A stretch of 64,000 nt of DNA from Auanema rhodensis (taxonomy: Eukaryota; Animalia; Nematoda): assembly GCA_964057225.1 (NCBI GenBank), contig OZ059900.1, forward strand, positions 7,068,001 to 7,132,000, given 5' to 3'. Each line of letters opens with the position of its first letter. The stretch's first letter is position 1. The notes beneath the pieces are model-generated. The model made no database searches. It was not told the DNA's origin and worked only from the letters and a program-made list of their open reading frames with translations. A program made the translations under genes and the position numbers. Shown one piece after another: positions 29,501-44,400 of this stretch.

Positions 29501-32500
29501 AAAGAGAGCAAAAAAATGAAAAAGATTCTTAAGAACCCTTAGTCATCTGCTTTAGCTGGCATTATCTCCTCAAGGACTTCTCGGTAGCACATGTCATATC
29601 TTTCAAAGTACAATGAAGATCTTCTGAATGTTTTTCAAAATAAGTGTCGCTAAACTAGCAGCAAATAAAGCTGAATTTTCTTTTTTCATTGAAGAACATT
29701 CTGTTTCTTGTTCTTTTACCAGAACACTCTTTTTTTCTAAAATAATCTGTTCAATTTTATTTTGAAAACAAATGTTTTGTAAGAACGCTAAATTGGTTAA
29801 CATTTACATATCAATATTAGCTATACTTTACTTTCAATATATCTTGCTTCAATTCTTACATTTTCCACATATTTTTCCAATTTTGATCTGTTTAGATGCA
29901 CTCTTTTCAGATTTTTTTTAAAAAAATGAGCAAAATAATCATTTCTTCTCGTTTTCTCTTCCGCAATGTTGTTCAGCAATTTTTCACTTGCTGGTAAGCA
30001 CATTTGGGCATGCATCATGGCATCAAATTGTCAAACCAAATCAAATGCAGTGATTTTCATTTAATACTCGTCTGAATCTTCGTCACTCATGCTCTTTCTA
30101 TCTGCTAACTATCTGTGATTCAGCTCTTCTCAACTTAGTTTTTTATTTGAAAGTTCTTTTTCTCTCTCTATCTCATCGCTCATTTCGGTTTCTTACTATC
30201 TATCTATTTTATTTCCCCTCTGTCATATTTGGCTGTATATGATGTGTATTCTACTGATTCCAATAATGACATTGATGTACTTGGTATATTAGCTGTTTAT
30301 TCGATTTTCACAGTTCTTTTCATTACATCAAATTGCTATAATTCGCGTTGAAGTCCAACGCTAACTGGTCTCAGCTGTAGTATACACGACAGCTCAAGAT
30401 AATCATTGATGTTTTAAGGATATCCCTCTTGAGTCATCTTCTGAATTTCTCTCATTTCTCTTTTTGGTTTTATCTCTCAAAACTGCAGAAGACGTGTCTA
30501 TATATATAGTATGTATATCTATATCAATATATATTTATATTTATAAATAGACATAGATACAATATATAAAGTCATGTGCTACGATTCCGTTTTCGCTTCA
30601 TTCATTGCCTTTTCTACCCGACTTTTCCCAAACGAGCTCTACGAGCTGATTTGATCTATCTATCTCCTTATTCCATCCACCCATTCTCTCATGCTTCATG
30701 CCATTTATCATTTGTGCCATGTACTTTGTGCTCAATTGAAAATTATTTGACACTAAAATTTATCTATTATTGTCCAGCTACCATATACCGACTACACATT
30801 CTTTAATTCGATATAAAACTTTCAATTTATTTTTTGATTTGTTTAGTATTATGTGTTATTTAAAATTATATCTAGAAAATTAAAAGATAAAAAGCAATAA
30901 AGTATTGAAATAAGTTCGAAAATGATAAAAATCATCAGCTAAATGAGTAGAATTCATTGAAAAAATATAAAGCATACAAATAGTTACTTTCATCGAATGT
31001 TAAAAAAAGAAGTTTTTGGATGAGATACTTTAGAATATACAATACATTGAGCCAAATTACTAAAAATTTCATTTTTCTTCCCATTTTACTTATCACACTC
31101 TGTCCTCTTCACTCTTTTTTTCTCGTTTGTTGTCGCATTCATTTATAAACTCATATCAGAACTGTTCATTATGCTTCTTCGTTCCAGAGAGATATATATA
31201 AACATGCTTCTCAATTTCTTAATCTCAACTTCTTCACATCTCTTCCCGAGCTCTCTGAAACGAATGTCTCCAAATGCAACTTTCTGTATATGTACATGTA
31301 TGTATATGTATATCTTCTCCTGGGAAAAGTATGCGTATACGACAATGCGGAGATTTCAAAGTCTCCTAAGCAATAGTTCTAAACAAATTGAGACATCTCA
31401 TTTCTGATCGAAAGGACCGATTAGGAATGTCATCCCAACAATTCCTTTGGGCTTCACATTCGTTTTCATTTTACATGATTCTGCCACATTTTCCGACATT
31501 TAGCATGACGCTATTCAGATATATTATGAAATCTTTCATCAGGTTGTATTTTGAAGCAACGATAGTCACTATGAGCTTATCTTGTTTAGTAATATTGAGT
31601 GTTGAATTTCTCTAAGAGTTTATGCATTTCAATTTTTGATAAGTCAGGTATCTGGCAAGTATCTCTTTCTGTTTATTTTGCTTGTTTACATAAAAAAAAT
31701 TTTAAAGTGAGTTCATCATTAAAATTCTTATTTTAATTTAATTTTGCTCATTTTGAAGCATTATTGTATATGGACATCTGGCTTATAACCCCTAGCTATT
31801 CTGCTTGCTTTTATCTATCTCTTTCTGTTCCTGTTCCGCATTCAATCAGCGTGCAAGATAATAATCCCATTATTGCCTCATTCAAGTTCACAAAGTTCGT
31901 ATAAAATCAACTACAAAATGTTATTATGTGCTCTTAGCCAATTATATACAATTCATTTTAACATATGCAATAACTTGTATTTAAATCCTCCCTCTTTTCA
32001 TTTAACAATAAAAGTTTGTGAGAGTAAAACTTACTGCAGCACCTCTGCTACATGTTCTAACGAGACTCATTGAGTTTCTTTACGACCACCATGAATGAGA
32101 AACAAAGGAAATTAGTTGTAAAGGCCTTTATTTGCCGGATGAGGAAGAAAAAAAACGTCAAAAAGCATAAACTGGGAAGAGATTAAAAAAAATTCTTTTT
32201 TTTTTGACTATAAACTTTTTTGTCTAGAAAGCGTAAGAGATATAGAAAAAGAGAGAAGAATATTATAGTAGAGAGAAAGTGAATCACACAGGAGCAGCCT
32301 TGAACTAAGCTCTGTCTTCACATGAACACAACGCCTAGTTGATATACCCTCTGCAATATGAACAAACGTTTTTGCGACTATTCAGCTCTGCACAGTTGGT
32401 GACCAAGAAATACATTTTGTCCCCTTAGTACTTGCTTTAACATGAAAGCAATTGTCCACTTATTGACTTTAATGTTCAAAGTTTTTACAAACAAAAAATT

Positions 32501-32962
32501 TGTTTAAATTTGATAAATAAACTTGTATGCATTTTAAATTTATAGTTTACATAAGCTGATATTGCTTCTTCAACTCTATTATCCAACTACCTTTTAAGTT
32601 GTAGGCATAAGCATATTCTTCTTATATTTTTAAATAAACTCTTGTCAAAATACGTCTTTCATTTGTTCAATCAGCAAGAATATTTTATTGTCACAGCATC
32701 AAATCATGTTGTTATGCATAAGATTGGGATATGGGAGAGAGTACGATTGTTACATATAAAACCAAAATACTGCTTGAATTATTTTTTCTTTACTCAGCTA
32801 TTGTATTGCAATACTTATCTCTTATTTAAAGTTATATGAAAAGGTTATAATCAAAAATAAATTCACTGCTATTTATAATTGTTTCTATTTTAATATTTAT
32901 CTCATTTACTTCATCTCGTTCTCTTTTTTTCTGGTTCTCTTATTTTCTCTCTTTCTTTTTTT

Positions 32963-32992
32963 TCTCTCTCTCTCTCTATCTCTCTCTCTCTC
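32963..32992. repeat. (TC)n microsatellite
   Basis: Interrupted TC dinucleotide run read directly. Confidence 0.85.
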
Positions 32993-35900
32993 TTTTTCTC
33001 TCACTTTCTATCTCATATATATACATCTATTTCGTTTATTTTTCATTTGTATTTGTAACTTCATCTAGCTGATCTTCAATTGAACCATGCCGCATTTTGT
33101 GAATATCTTTTTCTTATAACGAAGTAAAAATAGAGTGCATAATTAGCATAATGATGTAGATGTCCCCCCCCCCTCTTCATCCGTTTCTGCATTTATTCAT
33201 CGTTTTTCGCATTCAAATAATTTGCCCTCTTCATCATTGCAATTTCAGTTGTCATCGGCAATTGCTTTTTTCGATCCAATAACTGACCTTAAATGTATGT
33301 GCATGATGTATGCTTTTAGTCACGTTGCATTATAATCTTCTACGTTTATCTTTCCTGTAATAAGCGATTAAGCATTTTTCTTCTTAATGATAATGAATTC
33401 AAAAAATTATTATACTTTTTAATGCAAGCAGATAGCATATATGTATTATAATATATTCAAATAAATTAAATGTAATAGATTAATATAATAAATGTTCCAA
33501 GCTATGCATATACAGGTTTTCATTTTTTCACACCTTTTTCTCCTTATTTCGCTTAGCAACTTCTATTTCAATGTTATGTACAGATATACATAATTTAATT
33601 TTTAAATTCAATACTCACATCATATTCATTTATCATTTCATTTCTTTAGCTCACTACGAACTTTAAGGAATAATTCATTTGATTTCTTTTTTTAGAAATT
33701 ATACATACTAGCCTTTTGTCATGCATCTCAATTTTTAAATTAAAATATCCTATGATTTCATTCACAGAGAGAATAAAAGAAAAAATCCTAACATCGTTCA
33801 TTCCTTGTTCTGTTTCGCTTTCTTGCTCTTGTTCTCTCTCCACCCCTATCTTTACGTTACTTAAGAAAGTCTTAAAACATTTCGTTCACTTCCTCTACTT
33901 TTTATGAAAAGAAAAAAGTTGAATTATTTATTTATTTTTTGTTCTTGTACTTTTTCCAATCTTTTATTTGATCCAGTGAGCTTTCAAAGTTTGTAGTAAA
34001 CATAAGCAATTTTTTAAATTTTTTTCCATATTGCTTCTCTTTTTAAAAGGAGTGTTTGGACAATTGCTTTCCGCTTATATTCTCTTCACCCACCTCAGTT
34101 TTTCCAGTAGTATCTCTTTTTGCTCGTTAAGCAAACTCATATCCATTTCCTTACGATTTTACATTTCTTTTTTGTTGTTATTCTACGTTTGTGCATAATT
34201 TGAAAAAAAAAGTATAAAGTCCAATGTGAGAGAGGCTACGAAGCAGAAATCGTTTCAAACTACGTTTTTAAAACGACTAGAAATTAAAACAAACATCAGT
34301 GTGTATGTTTTTCTTCCTTTATCTTTTTTTTGTTCACTCAATGCTGCTTGACTCATGTTTAAAGAGAAACTGCTTGAGTAATAGTACTGCTAGTTTGAGA
34401 CAATAAAATTTGCCATTCTTTACAAACAAGAAAGAAAATAATGTTTCCGGAAATATTGAAAAAGTCAGCCACCCGGTCGGTAATCCTTCGATCAAGGGAA
34501 AATATGCAAATAATTTCTTCATGTATTGCTTAAGGAAGCATAACGACACTTCTTAGTAGAAGTTGTATTTTTTCTGTTTTGCTCCTGTTCTCTTAGATCT
34601 TGACTGTGCGTCACAAAGAAGGAACTAGGCAATGCGAAAACTATGGTATGAAAGTTACTCTACATATATGTCTTGCTAGGACGCGTTCGCTCTGAATGTC
34701 TGTGAGATTGAATGCTAGAACAGGTGTATACGCCGTTTTTGTTCTGAATGACAATAAGCTTTACTTGTATTAGATAAGCCACTAATGAACTCTGTTCCTT
34801 GTTTAATTTTCTTTTGTTACGATTTTGCTTTTTTTTTGCTTTTGTTTGAAGTTGTTTGAAATATTAATTTTCTTTTCCTTTTTATTTTTATTTTTGTTAC
34901 TCAATTTCATGTTCTTTTTTTTGCTTAGAAGATTGTATTCTTTTGGACACTAGTTATTAAAAGGCATCACTGGAGGCCATTTGGGTACTCTCATAACCAG
35001 TCATATGCCATTCTCGAACACACAATGAAAGCTACTCCAGAGAGTAGCCAAACTAGCCGATTGTGCAAAGTGAGCAATGAGAAAACATTAACCTAAATGA
35101 GAACATATGGCAAAAAGACTTTGGAAACACAACGGAAGAAATAGGGGAAATGGTTTTGGTGAGAGAAACACTTGTCGTCGAGGTAAAAGAATTGTATAAA
35201 ACAGAAGAGTGTTAAAAACTGAGAAGAGAGAAAAATTTGGAATTCAAAATGTTTGAGAAAATTTGCATTTTCAACAGACAATAAGGTTGAAGAACCGCAA
35301 AGACCCCCCTCAGTGTTGCTTTTGTTTCTGCTCAAGGCATTAACAAAGAATATTGTTCTCGTATTAATCAGCTGACGCATGACATAAACCGATTCTATAT
35401 GTATAGTCTTATCCACAAGTCGCATCTTACTGATACACCTTCAATAGCTCAAGAGGAGAAGTAAACGAAACTATGCTTCAAAAACAGAGTTATGCCTAAA
35501 ACTCATTAAATCTTGCCTTTTTTTAATTAACGGGCTATTTTGATTTATTTATGAATTTTTATAATTTTTATCATTATTAAACATCGGTTCCTGGTTCTTT
35601 TTTGCTTATCTGACTTAACTTGTTCTGAATTAAATTTGGTAACATGATCACGCATATGCCATGAATGCGTTCTTGTCTCAATAATCCTTCTATGTTGCTC
35701 AAGAAATATCTCAACTATATTGACTTGGTTTGTTGTTCTATCTGTTTAAGGCATTTCTTTTTCGGAATTCATAGAAATTTCTAGTATGTATCAGAATCGT
35801 TCTGAGATTGTTCCGTATATGTGCATGTGTTTCCATTTCTTTCCTGAGAGAGGCAAACGTAAAGTATCAAGATTTCTCGTTATTCCCATGATCTCCTTGT

Positions 35901-38900
35901 TTCCATACTTTTTGCTTTATGCTTTATCCTTTTTCCATTACAAAATATTTTTATTCCGGATTTTTCTCGAAATAACTCAATCGAGTTTCTGCAGCAATCT
36001 TCTTTCATGTTCTCTTTTTATGAATTTCAATGTAATCTTTTCTTCTGTATTAATATTTTAATTGTTTCACTTGTTTTCATATTCCGCTTCTATAATCTCT
36101 CAGGTGAGCTATCTATATTTTTTTTCGTTACTTTATCTTTCCAAGAAAAAAAAAACAAGTTAAAAAAAAAATGAAGTACGAATTTCAATCAAACAACATG
36201 ATTTAATACTTTAGATTGATTTTTTTAGTTTTCAAATAAATCTTTTAAGTGCGATTGCTTTCATCCTCTTAATTTGCATCATTTTTTCGTTCAAATTGCA
36301 GATCTTTCGTCATGATAAATGCAAATGAACTTGATAGATTCAAGGAACTTAATAGAATTACGTGCTTCACATGGCTTTTTTCTTATTTTTCTAAAAACGT
36401 TTCCCTTTTCTTGAGTTGTGGTTCCTTGTGAAAATAAAGATAAAGTTCAAATTTCAGTTTCCTAAATTGTCAAAGCTTTGCTGGCAATTTTGAATACAGC
36501 TCACACTATCTTAATATAATTTTCACATTGGTGGTTGATTTAATAGATGCGAAGCGATTATATTGTTGTGCAATTTCAAGCTTTCATTAGTTTCTCTCAT
36601 GCCTAGATTTTATGTTTTAATTAACATTTATTCATTCGTGGCTGCGGGGGTATAGCAAAAATATCTCTAGTTGAAACGTCAATTTATCTGACTTTAATCA
36701 TATCTGTTTATTTATTTTACATCAACTTTTTAAAAAAATATAAATCATTTATTTTATCTTTCATGGTGTGCACCTTTTGAGAATTCTTTGAGCTGTATTG
36801 TATTAATTCATACTTTGATGCCTGATCAGATGGTCATCTGGCTAACGTTTCATGAAGCTCACACGAAGATCAAATTCATCAATATCGCTGATATCATTTT
36901 TGTTTGGCTAACAGCTGCACATTGCATCTTATTTATTTCAAACTTAATCTCATGACTTATTCTCAATTACAAATCTTTTTTGACCAATCTTTTTTTTTCT
37001 GCGTAATACGCATATCCTGAGAACACTTATCGTATGGATTTCACTGGAAATAACTTGTGAAATACTCAAATATTCTTATATGTATGTTCGGTCGGATACT
37101 TTTCGTCTGCAATCCAATACTATTTTGTGGAAAACGCTGGGATCAATTTTTCTTGTTTTGTCAAGTTTCTATTCATTTAAGTGCATTTCAGTAGATATAA
37201 AGTTAAAGAAGCGTTAACTTTGCTATGTTATAATTCATTTACTTTTATTGAAGTATTTGATGAAAGTTGAATAGAATTTCAATGGAACTAGTAACAACTT
37301 GACAGACTATGCATTCCGGTTCACAGTTCATTTCATTTAGCCTTTAATATCTCATTGAATATATATTTAGTGTTTGTCACCCTATCAATGATATAAGGAA
37401 ATAAAGAGCTATCGATTTCTTATTTTTCTGAATGAAGAAATATTAGCTTACATATACAGTTTATTACTTGACGTTTGCTTTCAAATCATTTCATTTTAGT
37501 CAATACTTTACTAGCACAAACAAGCAAAAAATAGAAGATTTGAAACTATTGCTACACGTTATCTGAGTGTTGCTAATAATAGGAAGACAATTGATGAAAT
37601 GATAGGTTGAGAGAAAACAAGAGGAAGTGATGAAAGGGATGAAAAAGTTGAGAAGAGAAGACAGGATAGCAATCATTACATATAAAATCAGTTGAAAAGA
37701 CGATTATCACGAAAAGAGATGATGATATTGTCTGACACAACGTTGGAAGGAGGGTGGAGGGGACTTTCTTAGTTATCAAATAGCCAGACAGCTGAACAAT
37801 GTGGCATATACGTCATTTACTTAAAATGAAGCAAATGTTTGAAAACGAAATTTTACGAAATTATATGAATATTGTTGGAATTGCCGAATATTGCTGATGC
37901 AGATGATGTATTATATATCTAGTGCTGCTCACAATCGTTCATGCATTTGCACACAAACACCTTCAGCTCATTAATCTTGCTCTCAATAGGCAGACGAGCA
38001 TTATGATGGAAGAAAACAATGTATATATTTCATAGTGTTTTAATATTTCAAACATTTGTGTTAAGATCAGTTAGTTTGATAAACTAACATAAAAAATCAT
38101 CACCTGATATGATATGCATAAACCATTTATTGTTATATGTCGTAGTTTTTTCTTCGTTTTCCTTTTTTCTTTTACTGCATTTTCTCGTTCATTCAATTTC
38201 GCTTGTAATTAGACATTTTCCCAAACGTATTCCACTTTTTTTTAGCCATTTTCCAATTAATTCAGTCTGATATATTAAGAATATTTTTGCAATTATATTC
38301 ACCACCCTACCGCTTATTCTAGGTCTCTGATTTGTATCAAGAACAATGGCTCTGAAAACAATTTTTTCTCGTATTCTAATGCTGAGCATTGATGTACTTC
38401 TTCACAAGCACAAATATATTTTTTGTGTCATCATCTTCATTAGTGTTATTGTGAATGAGCATTTCTTCATTATTATCTGTTTATTAATTGCTTTTGATAC
38501 ACTGTATATGAAGTCAATAGCTCAATATCACAGGTTTCCTGTTATAGCAAGGTTTTCACTTGTTTTTTGAAGTTTTCCAAGCAGAAACAAACTCATTGTT
38601 GTGCTATCGTAATTTATTTAAGTTTTGTGCACAAGAAAAAGTTAGAGTACTACACTTAAGTGGACGACAACTCCAACAATCGCTTAGCCGGGTCAACGAA
38701 TGTGTTTTTTCTGTCCTAGTTTAGACCGATGTGTTCATTTTGTTTCTATAACTCTGTACCATTTTACTTCATTTATATTAGTTTGCTTTAACATTTAAAA
38801 ATATTTTCCAAACAACTTGGCGTAATTATGGTTGCGAACAATTTTTTTCAAGATTCATTATAATTTTCACGCAAAAAAAATGAGAGAAAAATAGGAAATA

Positions 38901-41408
38901 CACATCATGACGAAGCATTTTCCCATCTGAATAATACTTGTTTCTAAGCCCTCTCAGCTGTTTTGTTGCAACATCTACGATCATAAATCTACTTTTCACA
39001 TCATTTATTGCATAAATAGCGTCTAAAGTATCGATATTGTGTCGTAATTTCCTCAGACAAACTTACATGTTAAAAAATCAAGATGTTAAAAATGAGTCTA
39101 AGTTGTATATTATATATTCGGCTTTTTCTCTAATTTTCATATGAAAGTAGCATATTTCTTAATATTGATATGATATCATTACATGATTTTTACTACATTT
39201 TTTACGCGCCAAAAAAAGCGTTAATGTTTTCAAATTTAATATTCTTTTTTTTATTTCTATGATGTGTTAACAGAATTTTAGATTTTTTCGCTTTCACAAA
39301 TGAAGAAATACTCATATATTAAATTTTCACTCGTCATATTTATATATTCTTGATTTTCTGATATTTTTCCGAACATTGTTATGATGATATACTGCCAGCT
39401 GAAGTCCTAAATGCACAAAACAGGCGAACATCGTGGAATTTCTCATTTCAAACATAGACATTACAATAAAGATGAGCAAGTTTTCAAAAACAAGCTATGA
39501 GCGGACAAGTATCCGCAATTTTTCCATATATTCCTTAAATCAAGATTTTACACATGTAAAGTAAGTAACACTGATATTGAAATCACATCAGAAATGGCCT
39601 GATTTGTTGAACAAATTGAAAATGCTTTCTTGTAAGTTAAACGCGAGATGTTCAGCAGCATTGAAGAAAGCGACCAACAAATCAACAGACTTTGTTACTC
39701 TCACAACTCCTTACTCTCGTACTCCCTACTTTCTTTTTTTCCTGTCTTTCTCTTGCTTTTCCCAGCCTTTTTCCCCGTTCTTCTCTTATCTCATCTCATT
39801 TTCCAAGCTTTTGGCGTTTAGCATCTTTACACTACACTATATCCTCGATTGTACCCGCAGGGGACTGCTGTTCTACACACTTCCCTTTCTCTTCTTTTAT
39901 CCTGCTCTCCTTGCCAAATCACTTGGCCTCGTCTGCTTATCTAGTCATCTTCGTATTGTAGATGAGTGATTCTCACACAAATCTTCTCTCATCAACCTGA
40001 TACCTCTCTACTCTTCATTCCCTTTCTCACACCAGCACTCTCTATTCTGGGATGAAACTTCTGTTGTTTCTCCACCCTAATCACTGATCCTCCCTCGTCT
40101 TCGTATCCTGTCATTCTGTCTCTTGTTACCCCTTCTCTTTCATTGAAGCTCTGAGCTTGAGTCGCACTCTCTTTCAACTTTATTATGATCTATTCTCTCA
40201 CACTATTATCTTAACAACGTTAGTTTGTTTCAACCTTTTCATTACTCTTCCTTTGTTGTTCCTTGTATTCCCTCTATTCTCTGCATTTTGTATAACACTT
40301 CTAATCATATGCTTGAGTAAAACATATACACCACCCCACCCTATTACTCCAGTTCACAACTGCATATGAATCTTTTAGTAGTTGTCGCTGCTTCTCCGCT
40401 ACTTATTAAGATATCTGGCACCTTGACTTCACTCTCCGCATTCAAACTCTGCTGCCATTTTTTATTTGCCATAGGTACTACATCCATACCTATATGTCAT
40501 TTTGTTTCTACTTACTCTGCCGTCCGTCTATATGCCTTACTTACGCCATTCACTACCATGCGCTTGGAGAATTCACGAAACATGCTTTATTTTTCTACTT
40601 CTTCATTTCTTTCCATTTTCCCGCTTTTCTACTTTTTGTTAATGTTGTTACTACATTATGCGTCTTTCTTCTGTTCTCCTATAATTTTTCTCGTTCATTT
40701 TATTAACCTACAACCAAAGCTGTGAAAATCTTTCTTTTATGAATACAAAACAAATTTTTTTTTCTAAAAATAAGATTTGTTCTATGTGAAGAACTATTTT
40801 TGTTATCATTATATATATTTTGTTTCATGATTCATCGCTTTTTTTGCCGGTTTATTATCTCAGATCCACATGATACATTATCTCGAAATCTTCTGCTTGT
40901 TCACTTTTAAAATATGAGCAAAAAAGATTTATTAGTTTGTTTTCTATCCTCCCCACATTACATCTCATTGAGCTATATGTTATTGGTGATCTTTTAGGTG
41001 AAAAGTTTTGTTATCTCAACTTATCATCATATCATCTGCTACGATAAATCCGATATCACATTCGAATTTTAATTTTTTTGCTAGCTATAAGAATAATACA
41101 AAACGTTAACTATATACTTTTCCTTATCAGAACATTTTAATATTTATATTCGTTTCTGTTCTTATTCATCTCACGTTGTTCTTGTCGAACTTTCGAAAAT
41201 GAAATAATGACATATGCTATGTCATGCCGTTCGGCATTAAATTTTTCATGAATTCACTCATAAAATTAACTGAAATCGTATTCACGACTCAGAATTATAT
41301 AAACGAATTTTTGAATGTTCTTTTTTCTTTTTTTTTTCTTTTTTAGAAAAATGATTTTTCTATTTCATACATGAAATTTCAGATTGAAAAAATGACAAGA
41401 GGAAGATA

Positions 41409-44400
41409 ATGAATTTTCTTTTATTATACGCATTAGGTATATATTTATATCAGTTGAGAGTTTATGGAGATGATCGGGTATCTCTCTATATTGGTGGGAC
41501 ATTTCCGATGGAAGCTGGATCTGGAGGATGGGCTGGCGGTGTAGTAAGTTATTTTGATATTGCTCCCACTGTGAAATCCCATTCTTAATGTAATGATGAG
41601 ATAAAAAATGCATTATATTGCATTCAGTCACCTGTCTGAATTCGTTTTACTGCCTCGATAACTAGCGAATGTGAGAATTTCAAATTTTTACTTTTGTCAC
41701 TCAAATTTTAAGCAGATTGAATCTGTAGAATAAAGAAATCATACAACATTCAAAAGTTCAAGATAGACTGAGAATGATCAATAAAAGCAATAAAGAACTT
41801 CAACTCGAACTAACTCATTAATATTTTTATGAAGATTTTATGGTATTCAACTACATATACACATTTTTTATTTTAGCTTCTAATCGAATTAAAAACAAAT
41901 TTCCAGGCGTGCAAGCCAGCTGTAATGATGGCATTAGAAGACGTGAACACTCGAAGTGATATTTTGCCTGGATATTATTTGGCATTAAACAGCACAGATT
42001 CGAAGGTATGTGTCATATACTTGATATTTTTTGACGTTTAGAGAGATACTCTGCATTAAATATTCAAATCTGCCATGAAATATTTTTGGGAAATGAATTC
42101 GTAATCGACGTCTAAGATTTATATGTCTGTAAAACGCAAAATAGTGATTGATGTGTATAAGACAATCATGCCGAAATGCCTTATCTCGTAAATCTGTTCT
42201 AAAAATACTTGTCTCTAATCACTATACATTAAAACATTTCAATATCTAGAAGTTTACAATTTTTCATCAAAGGTTATATACTTCAAACAATTGAAGTTGG
42301 AATTTTTCATATTTCAAACATGAAAATTAAGTAGTTTATTAATCTCAATAGTAAAACTTGCTCTTCTAAGTAGAAAATATTCACATACTTTATCCTTCAT
42401 AGGTCGAATTAATCCTTTGAAACACCAGATTGTTCTTAAGAGCAACTAAATTTGATTTAAGCTGATTGATTGCGTTTTCACGAATGAAAAAAGAAAATAA
42501 TTTATTGTTTTACTTCTGAAGACTGTGGATTAAAATTTTTCGAGAATTGATAATTAGTTCAATGTTCAAAAAACAGAACAAAAAATGTTTGAAAGAATGA
42601 GTTGAAGAAATATGTAGTGCTATTCATAATAAAAGCAAAAAATTACAGTGTCAACCAGGATTAGCAACTCAACAGCTGTATGACTTGCTTTATACTCCAC
42701 CTGCAAAACTCATGCTTCTAGTTGGATGTAGTCCAGTGACAACTGTCATTGCTGAAGCTGCACCAGTTTGGAATTTAGTTGTTGTATGCGATTTTCTTAC
42801 TTTACGCTGAAATATACATTGTGATTTTCAGTTGGCATACGGAGCTAGCTCACCAGCTTTATCTAATAGGGAGAGATTTCCTTCACTGTTTCGTACCCAT
42901 CCATCAGCAAATATACAAAATCCAGCAAGGTTTCTTAGAAAAAATAATTCAAGTTTTAAATTTTTTTTTGTACTTTATAGAGTCAGTTTGTTTAAAAAAT
43001 TTGGATGGAAAAAAATAACCATTCTTCAATCAGTAGAAGAAGTATTTTCTTCAACAGCCAAAGATCTTGAAGTAAGTTTTATCGGTACTCTTTCTCGAAA
43101 AAATCATTTTGATGAATTAAAAATTTTATTTCGTAATTTTTTATACGTTTTTCTCAATTATCAGGAAGAATGTAAACGCTCGGGTATCAAAGCAGAACGA
43201 CTTAGTTTCTACGGTGATCCAGCTGATGCTATAAAAACTCTTGTCCGTCAAGATGCTCGAATTATTGTTGGACTTTTTTATGAAAAAGAAGCTCGTCGTG
43301 TGTTTTGTCAGGTATGCTTGTTATTTTAAGTTTGTAGAACTTTAACTTTAAATTAGGCTTACCATCATCGAGTGTTTGGACGCAGATATGTATGGATGTT
43401 AATAGGATGGTATGCTGATACATGGTATCTTCCAGTTCCTGATGAGCATCTCAACTGCACGGCAGATCAGGTACAAAATAAATAATGGATTATAAGTAAA
43501 AAAAACATTGTTCTAGATGAGAGAGGCCGCTTTGTATCATCTAACAACAGAAAGCTTAATGTTATCCACTGACGATACAGTTGCAATTTCGGGTATGACT
43601 GGGCGCGAATTTCAAAGACGCCTGAACGAAGTTCTTGATACTGATCCTGCAAACACTGGTGGATATCCTGAAGCTCCATTGGCATACGATGCCGTATGGT
43701 AATGAAAGCTTGGCTGAAATGTTTGAAACGTTTACATTTATTCGTTCAGGGCGTTAGCATTAGCTTTAAATTGTACTATAAAACATTTGCCACAAGGACA
43801 AAAATTAGAAGATTTTACTTATGAAGATGTTGCTACATATAATATTTTGTTCCAGTGCATGAAAAATACATCATTTCGGGGTGTTTCTGTAAGAAAAGTT
43901 AACATTTATCAAAATGTATACAATTGCTTTACAGGGACGTGTAATGTTTTCATTTTCTGGTGATCGTATAGCCAAAGTTATGGTTGAGCAATTGCAAAAA
44001 GGTAAACTCTCTGTCAACATTTTTTATGATTTAATATTTCATTACAGATAGCAAATACCACGTTATGGGTTTTTTCGATTCGTCTAGTCATCTTTTAGAT
44101 TGGACTGGAAAAGATCAGTGGTATTCTGATAAAGGACCACCAGCCGATTCCACGCTGATCCATGAAGCTGTTCTCACTGTATCAAATAGTGTAAGCATTT
44201 TAATTGTAAACAGCAAACTTCAATTTTGATATTTAGCTATTTTACGGAGTTTTATTCTTCTGCATCTCAGGAATAATATTTTCAGTTGTCATTATATCAA
44301 TTTTAGAGCATAATTCGGGAAGAATGTGAGTAAAGAAATTTGAAGAACAAAAAAATGTATGTATGTTTCACAGGATAATCAAACATTCCCAACCGGTATT

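Noticed and set aside
39577-40725. Cluster of 70-130 aa ORFs upstream of gbb-1
   Set aside because: Same compositional artefact: CT-rich DNA lacks stop codons.
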